From: Octopus sinensis
Taxonomy: Eukaryota
Reading direction: 5' to 3'
Length of the DNA stretch: 12,946 bases
NCBI RefSeq assembly: GCF_006345805.1
Contig: NW_021826371.1
Location: 1-12,946, forward strand
Positions 7,127 to 12,946 of the stretch are shown one piece after another. The notes beneath the pieces were generated by a model. It saw nothing but the letters and a program-made list of their open reading frames with translations. It made no database searches and was not told the origin of the DNA. Position 1 is the stretch's first letter, and every line of letters begins with the position of its first letter. The translations under genes and the position numbers were made by a program.

Positions 7127-7690
7127 CACGCACACACAAGCACACACAAATGTCCGCTTGCACACACACGCATGTATACACATACACACACACACACAAA
7201 CATACATACGTACACGCACATACAGATGCATGCACACGCGCGCTCGCGCTCTCAAACATGCACAAACGTTCGCACGCACACACACAGGCATGCACACACA
7301 CGCATGCACACACACACACGCATGCACACATACACACGAATGCACACACATACACACACACGTACGCGCACACACACACACGCATGCACACACACACACG
7401 CATGCACACATACACACGAATGCACACACATACACACACACGTACGCGCACACACACACACACAGGCACGCACACACACGCATGCACACATACACACGCA
7501 TGCATCACACGCATACACACACACACACGCATGCACACACACACACGCATGCACACACACACACGAATGCACACACATACACACACACGTACGCGCACAC
7601 ACACACACACGCATGCACACACACACACTATCTCTCTTTCTTTCTCTCTCTCTCTCTCTCTCTGTCACACACACACACACATACACATAA
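6857..7690. repeat. Large CA-based compound microsatellite/minisatellite with higher-order units
   Basis: Direct reading; marker motifs CGAATG and CGTACGCG each recur three times. Confidence 0.93.
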
Positions 7691-8142
7691 ATGCGTATGA
7701 TCGTTGAAGACTGCGCATTTAGTATTCACGATGGCTTTTGTATATGACGACCATCTTGTCCATTGTCTTCCACATAAACGCACCTCTCCTCACACACTCT
7801 CTCCCAACCACACACACATATATAAGCTTTTTTTACGTTACGAAATTCCGCATTTACGAAAATTATAAAGAATACCCAGTAATTTCGAGAAACGATCCGA
7901 AATTCCGTTCCTATGGATACTCTTTTGAATTTCAAGAATTCAAATAAACTAAACTCAAGATATGTATAAAAATACACTTTTCATTTTTGTAAAAAAAATA
8001 ATAAATACCTGGTGGGACACTTCATTGGTCCATCCCCACACCCCATTGTTTTTCTTTCTTCATTTTCAGTATATTTTTGTTGTTTACAATTGAACTCTTT
8101 GAATCTAATTTTCTCTTCTAAAAGCACTTATTATTTTTTTTA

Positions 8143-8374
8143 GGTGTAGGAGTGGCTGTGTGGTAAGTAGCTTGCTTACAAACCACACGACTCCTGGTTC
8201 AGTCCTACTGCGTGGCACCTTGGGCCAGTGTCTTTTACTATAGCCTCGGGCCGACCAAAGCCTTGTGAGTGGATTTGGTAGACGGAAACTGAAAGAAGCC
8301 CGTCGTATATATGTATATATATGCGTGTGTGTGTGTATATGTTTGTGTGTCTGTGTTTGTCCCCCCCAACATCG
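8143..8374 (+). mobile_element. Family A SINE 5' half, truncated after ...GTCCCCCCCAACATCG
   Basis: GGTGTAGGAGTGGCTGTGTGG head; homology stops where the other copies continue CTTGACAACCGATG. Confidence 0.92.
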
Positions 8375-9195
8375 AGCTGTACTTGTGTTTGTCCCCTCAA
8401 CATGGGAGCCGTACTTTAGTGATCCTTTTATTTTCTTATTGTCTTATTTCTTATTTTCCTGATGGCCGGTTGCTCAACTGTTCAGGAACGAGCTAAGATA
8501 GGAGCACGCTATGAAGTGTGGAATTCCATTGTTTTGGCGTGCATGGAAAAGTAAGCATGCAACACTACGCCCGGAGAGAATAAAAAGTTGTCATGCGAAG
8601 CTGGTGACTATGGACTCTGTGAAGAATGCAGAAAGAATTGGCGATCCAACCACATCCCGATCAGTGGAGAACGTAGCAAAAGTGTAAGAAATGTTTAATC
8701 GTAGCCTACAAAAATCAACACGTGAAGCAGCTCGTGACAGTGGACTAGCAAGACATACAATATGTACTTGTTGCATAAAGAATTGAATTTTCGTCCATAG
8801 AAACCCTATTACGTCCAGGAGTTAAAGCCTAAAGACTGTGACTGCAGAAGTCCAGAAAGTCCAGATCTCCCTTCATGTAATTTTCACCTGTGGAGTTACA
8901 CAAAAGAGGAGGTGTACAAGGCAAAACCTCGCACACTGGTTTACTTGGAGACACGGATTCAGGAGGTTCTCAATGATATCCCAGACGACGTCTTTCAGAA
9001 GGCTGTTCATTCCATCCCTGGGGCCATTTGAGGAAAGTGGATTACGCCACCGCCGGTGCTTACATTGAAATCTGAAGATTTACTTTAATTTTCGCATGTA
9101 ACAAAGAACATCTATCATTTATTTCAATAAATTTGTAAAAGGATTATGGATTTTATTACCAATTTTTAATGCCTACTTACTTTTCACCTACTCTA
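8375..9195 (+). mobile_element. Internally deleted Tc1/mariner-superfamily DNA transposon, 5' end lost
   Basis: Transposase pseudogene at 8462-9075; the putative right terminus ...CTTTTCACCTACTC is followed by TA (9194-9195), the Tc1/mariner TSD. The left TIR is not found and both boundaries are approximate. Confidence 0.8.
8462..9075 (+). pseudogene. Tc1/mariner transposase pseudogene (DUF4817-type HTH N-terminus, C-terminal SPDL region), catalytic core deleted
   Basis: Across frameshifts near 8540, 8770 and 9022: MAGCSTVQERAKIGARYEVWNSIV / ...SVKNAERIGDPTTSRSVENVAKV*EMFNRSLQKSTREAARDSGLARHTI / LHKELNFRP*KPYYVQELKPKDCDCR|SPESPDLPSCNFHLWSYTKEEVYKAKPRTLVYLETRIQEVLNDIPDDVFQKAVHSIP / GHLRKVDYATAGAYIEI*. 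These segments match the transposase patterns SPRKSTR..A, LHKDL...PYK.Q..QEL, SPDL.PCDF.LWG..K..VY..KPRTL..L..RI. Confidence 0.88.
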
Positions 9196-9204
9196 TGTGT
9201 GCGC

Positions 9205-9207
<3 letters not shown>

Positions 9208-9247
<40 letters not shown>
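9208..9247. repeat. (TA)n microsatellite
   Basis: Direct reading. Confidence 0.97.
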
Positions 9248-9249
<2 letters not shown>

Positions 9250-9250
9250 T

Positions 9251-9418
9251 TGCCATGATAGATCGCTAGCCACAACACTTTCTTTATTTTCTCTCCTTGT
9301 TTCTTTCTGTGTTCCTTTCTGTGGAAGAGCGTAGGCTCGAAACGTTAAAGACTTTCTCACTTCCCGGGCGTTATACTACACCACCTGTCTTCGTCTTTTG
9401 TTTTTTTTTTGCGAATTC
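9251..9418 (+). mobile_element. Short interspersed repeat resembling a Penelope-like element pseudo-LTR, copy 2
   Basis: Inverted copy of 2529-2718 with a 20-nt deletion; embedded between (TA)n tracts; contains the hammerhead-like motif. Confidence 0.75.
9315..9350 (+). ncRNA. Minimal type-I hammerhead ribozyme-like motif (variant core), copy 2
   Basis: Stem I CUUU 9315-9318 / AAAG 9347-9350; core CUGUGGA 9319-9325; A; stem II GAG/CUC with 6-nt loop; GAAAC 9339-9343; GUU 9344-9346. Confidence 0.5.
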
Positions 9419-9423
9419 TTCCT

Positions 9424-9580
9424 ATATATATATATATATACACACATATACATACATACATAAATACCCACACCCTCATACATGCACACACTCACATACA
9501 CATATGTGCATTTATAAATGCATACATACAAAAGTACGTGTGCGTGTGTATATGTGAGTTTGTGTATATATATATATAAA
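9424..9580. repeat. Mixed (TA)/(CA)/(TG) low-complexity tract
   Basis: Direct reading. Confidence 0.8.
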
Positions 9581-10234
9581 GTATATGCACTGAAGGATAG
9601 GGAGAGAGAAGGGAGGAGGGGACGTAAGGAAGATAGGCAGGGGGAGATAAATCGACACAGCGAGAATATAAACAGCTGGATAAAATAGACGGTAGGTTTG
9701 TTGGCTGGTTGGGAGGTAGGTGAAAGTGGGTAAATAACACTTCACTCCAGGATACATAAAATCACAGAAACACACGCACACACTCTCTCTCTCACACACA
9801 CACAACACGTATGATACATACACATGTTATCACCATAGTGATACTAATATAAATACAAATACAACAGTACGATATAATGTTTTTTTTTTTTTCTTTTCCA
9901 GAAACCAACAAGAAAAGGAAAAAAAAAACAGAACACAAACATACGAAAAATATAAAGAAAATATTAAATAATAAAGCGTAAAGACACACAAACAATTAGT
10001 AACAGTTCAGATCGAATTCAATCACTTCCTTTCCTCGTGTCTTTTTCTTTTTTTCTTTTAAATCGATCTCTGGCTGTATTATTGGTTATGAGGAGAAACG
10101 AGATGGAGAGTTGAGGCCAAAAAAATCGGTGTCCAGTTTCATTGGTTGTGTTTTAATGGCTGTGATTATATTTATTATTATCTATAAGGAGTAAATCCAT
10201 GTTGGAAAGCACTTAAAGTGTAAGGGATTGTAAC

Positions 10235-11090
10235 AGTGGCGGTGGTGGTGGGGTGACAATGGTGATGGAGGTGACGGGTGTGTGTTGGTCATCGTAGTTG
10301 TGATAGTGATGGTGGTGGTAATGGTGGTGGTGGTAGTGGTGGTGATGACTGGGCATGGTGGTGATGGTAGTGGTGGGATGACAATGGTGATGGAGGTGAC
10401 GGGGTGTGATGGTCATAGAAGTTGTGATAGTGATGGTAGTGGTGGTAGTGGCGGTGGTGGCGGCGTCGGTGGTGATGGCTGGGCATGGTGGGATGACAAT
10501 GGTGATAGTGGTGACGGGGGTGTGATGGTCATAGTAGTTGTGATAGTGATGGTGGTGGTAATGGTGGAGGTGGTGGTGGTGATCATGGTGGTGGTAGTGG
10601 CGGTGGTGGTGGCGGCGGCGGCAGTGGTGGTGATGGCTGTGCATGGTGGTGGTGATGGCTGTGCATGGTGGTGGTGATGGCTGTGCATGGTGGTGGTGAT
10701 GGCTGTTCATGGTGGTGGTGGTGGTAGTGGTGATGGGGATGTGATGGTTATAGTAGTTGTGATAGCGATGGTGGTATTGATGGTGATGGTGATTGTGGTG
10801 GTGATAATGGTCGTAGTGGTGATGGTGAGGTGTTGGTAATGATGGCTTTAGTGCTGATGGTGGTAGTGGTGGTGATGGTGGTGATGGTGGTGATGATGGT
10901 GGTAGTAGTAGTAGTAGTCGCATGATTGTAGTAGTGACAGTGGTAGTGGACGTGGTGGCAATGATTGTGATGGTTGAGATAAAGATGGTCGTGCTATTGT
11001 TGCCCTTGTACCAATGGTCGTAACAGTGGTAATTGTGTTGGCAGTGGTGATGGTGACCGTGATGGTAGTGGTATTGGATGTAATAAGTGC
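10235..11090. repeat. (GGT/GAT)-derived minisatellite with 115-125 nt and 22 nt higher-order units, decaying towards 11090
   Basis: TGACAAT markers at 10254, 10379 and 10494; GGCTG markers at 10635, 10657, 10679 and 10701. Confidence 0.92.
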
Positions 11091-11303
11091 CTTAGTGTAG
11101 TGACTTTCTTTAATCTAAAACTTTTGATATTTCGATTTCGAATTCTCTTCAGGATGAATTTTTTTCCGTGTAGACACGAAGAAAATGTCTCAGCTCTTTG
11201 TTTAGAATGTTGCATAATGGTGCGAAGATACAAAGTTTTTCCGCAATACAAAAATTTCACCTGTTTGTGCGCGGTTTTGCTTTTAATATTTATTACATTT
11301 TAA

Positions 11304-11484
11304 GGCGGCGAGCTGGCAGAATCGAATCGTTAGCAAGTCGGGCAAATTGCGAAGTCGGGGTCGACATTGCCTTTCATAATTTCGGAGTCAATAAAATAAA
11401 GACCATTTGAACACAGGGGTCGATGTAATCGACTTAACTCGTCCACTGAACTTGCTTGCCTTGTACCAAGCTGTAAAACCAATA
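11304..11484 (+). mobile_element. Family B SINE, diverged, B-box region deleted, alternative 3' tail
   Basis: GGCGGCGAGCTGGCAGAATCG head (AATCG duplicated); jumps to GGGGTCGACATTGCCTTTCAT; GGGGTCGATGTAATCGACTT intact; the tail differs from that of 5310-5541. Confidence 0.85.
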
Positions 11485-11600
11485 TTTATTATATTTTATT
11501 TACAATAATTAGTTTTGAAATATTTTTATAGCAATATTGTCCATTATTTTGCTTTTCGCTTTCTTGATGTAATGGTATGTTCAATATCATTTTCCTTGGA

Positions 11601-11683
11601 TCTTTTTATTTGTTTCAGTCATTAGACTGTGGCCATGCTGGAGCACCGTCTTGAAGAATTTTAATTGAACGAATTTACCCGAG
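11601..11683 (-). mobile_element. Family A SINE 3' tail fragment (older variant)
   Basis: tttgtttcagtcattagactgtggccatgctggagcaccgtcttgaagaattttaattgaac matches the family A tail. Confidence 0.85.
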
Positions 11684-11699
11684 TCTGAATGAAGAGTCT

Positions 11700-11820
11700 A
11701 GTGAGAGAGAGAGTGAGAGAAAGAGAGAGAGACAGACATAGAAAGAGAGAGAGAGAGAGAGAGAGAGACAAACAGAGAAAGAGAGAGAGAGAGAGTCAGA
11801 GAGTCAGAGAGAAGAGTGAC
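11700..11820. repeat. (GA)n-rich tract
   Basis: Direct reading. Confidence 0.9.
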
Positions 11821-12049
11821 AGACTGGCACAAAGAGAGGTAACGGATAGCCATTCAGATAGTTTGACAGACAAAAATTGATAAATTGATGGAAAAAAGAA
11901 AAAAAAAAAAGAAAATGGACAAACAGTTAAAAGAATAACTAGAGAGAAAGGAAAGCTAAAGAGTGAAAGAGACTAGAAACACACAAATACACACGCACGC
12001 ACACACACAGTCACGTATGCACATTCAAACTTCTCCACAGATGTTACAC

Positions 12050-12137
<88 letters not shown>

Positions 12138-12159
12138 GCCTGGCTGCCTGCCTGCCTGC

Positions 12160-12212
<53 letters not shown>

Positions 12213-12241
12213 ATCTATCTATCTATCTATCTATCTATCCT

Positions 12242-12295
<54 letters not shown>

Positions 12296-12340
12296 ATCTA
12301 TCTATCTATCTATCTATCCTTCTATCTATCTATCTATCTG

Positions 12341-12374
<34 letters not shown>

Positions 12375-12376
12375 CT

Positions 12377-12447
<71 letters not shown>

Positions 12448-12472
12448 GTCTGTCTGTCTGTCTCTCTGTCTG
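12050..12472. repeat. (TATC)n microsatellite with a (CTGC)/(CTGT) block and repeated interruptions
   Basis: Direct reading. Confidence 0.97.
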
Positions 12473-12499
12473 TCATATATACACACACTCCATTTCATT

Positions 12500-12560
12500 A
12501 TGTGTGTGTTTGTGTGAGTGCGTGATTGTGTGTGTGTGTGTGTGCGTGTGTGTGCGTGCG
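12500..12560. repeat. (TG)n tract
   Basis: Direct reading. Confidence 0.9.
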
Positions 12561-12946
12561 TCTATATATAAACCCACATAAATATGTATAAAATACGCAC
12601 GAGCATATTCACCCACATATATATCTATATATCTATACACACAGACATATTTTACAAGCAATTCTGTCCAATCTATAAGAACAGGATCGGGCATGATAGG
12701 AGCAGGAGGAAGCGTTTCATAAAAGAACAGTGTATGCGCATGCGCGTGTACATATCAATCTGCAACCCGGGTGCGCATGTATCTGCTGCATAAGCATACG
12801 ACATTCAGTCATTCAATTGTATATGTGCGGATGTGTTTGAATCTGCGGTGCATATGTGTAAACAAAATGAATATTCAGGTGTTTTCAAGGTGTTTCTTAG
12901 CAGATGTACTTTACATTTACTTTAAGGTGTGGCATTTTGACACAGT

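Noticed and set aside
129-7707. Many 60-300 aa ORFs rich in CV/MYVC/HT/HTYI
   Set aside because: They are translations of (CA)n/(ATGT)n repeats, which lack stop codons in most frames; no domain or splice support.
7924-7944. 8-bp hairpin TTTGAATT/AATTCAAA
   Set aside because: Short and AT-rich; expected by chance.
9716-9725. GTAGGTGAAA, an inverted match to the putative mariner terminus at 9182-9191
   Set aside because: Only 10 nt, on the wrong side of the element and inside a purine-rich tract; likely chance.
10213-10923. 236-aa His/Pro/Thr-rich ORF that might suggest a histidine-rich cephalopod structural protein
   Set aside because: It drifts between poly-H, poly-T and poly-P as the non-triplet minisatellite units shift frame, and lacks the Gly-His motifs and signal peptide of beak proteins.
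11120-11303. Acceptor-like CTCTTCAG (AG at 11151-11152) followed by a short ORF
   Set aside because: No recognisable protein and no convincing donor; the ORF ends at the SINE boundary.
12735-12746. NRF1-like motif TGCGCATGCGCG
   Set aside because: Easily generated from neighbouring TG/CA repeats; no CpG island or other promoter evidence.

Overview
Repeat-dominated eukaryotic window with no credible intact protein-coding gene. The extreme microsatellite density and the tRNA-derived SINE families strongly suggest an octopus (coleoid cephalopod) genome; this is an inference. Contents: (i) seven copies or fragments of a composite ~410-430 bp tRNA-derived SINE ('family A'); (ii) six copies or fragments of a second tRNA-derived SINE with a Meta-domain-like core ('family B'); (iii) two inverted copies of a ~170-190 bp repeat carrying a minimal hammerhead-ribozyme-like motif, as seen in Penelope-like element pseudo-LTRs, with a non-canonical CUGUGGA core; (iv) a dead Tc1/mariner element whose catalytic core was removed by an in-frame deletion; (v) an orphan hAT-like terminus; (vi) many simple repeats, several with higher-order structure. 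The ORFs in the supplied track are best explained by stop-poor simple repeats, SINE sequence or chance. All alignments and counts were done by eye and no database was searched, so family names are provisional.
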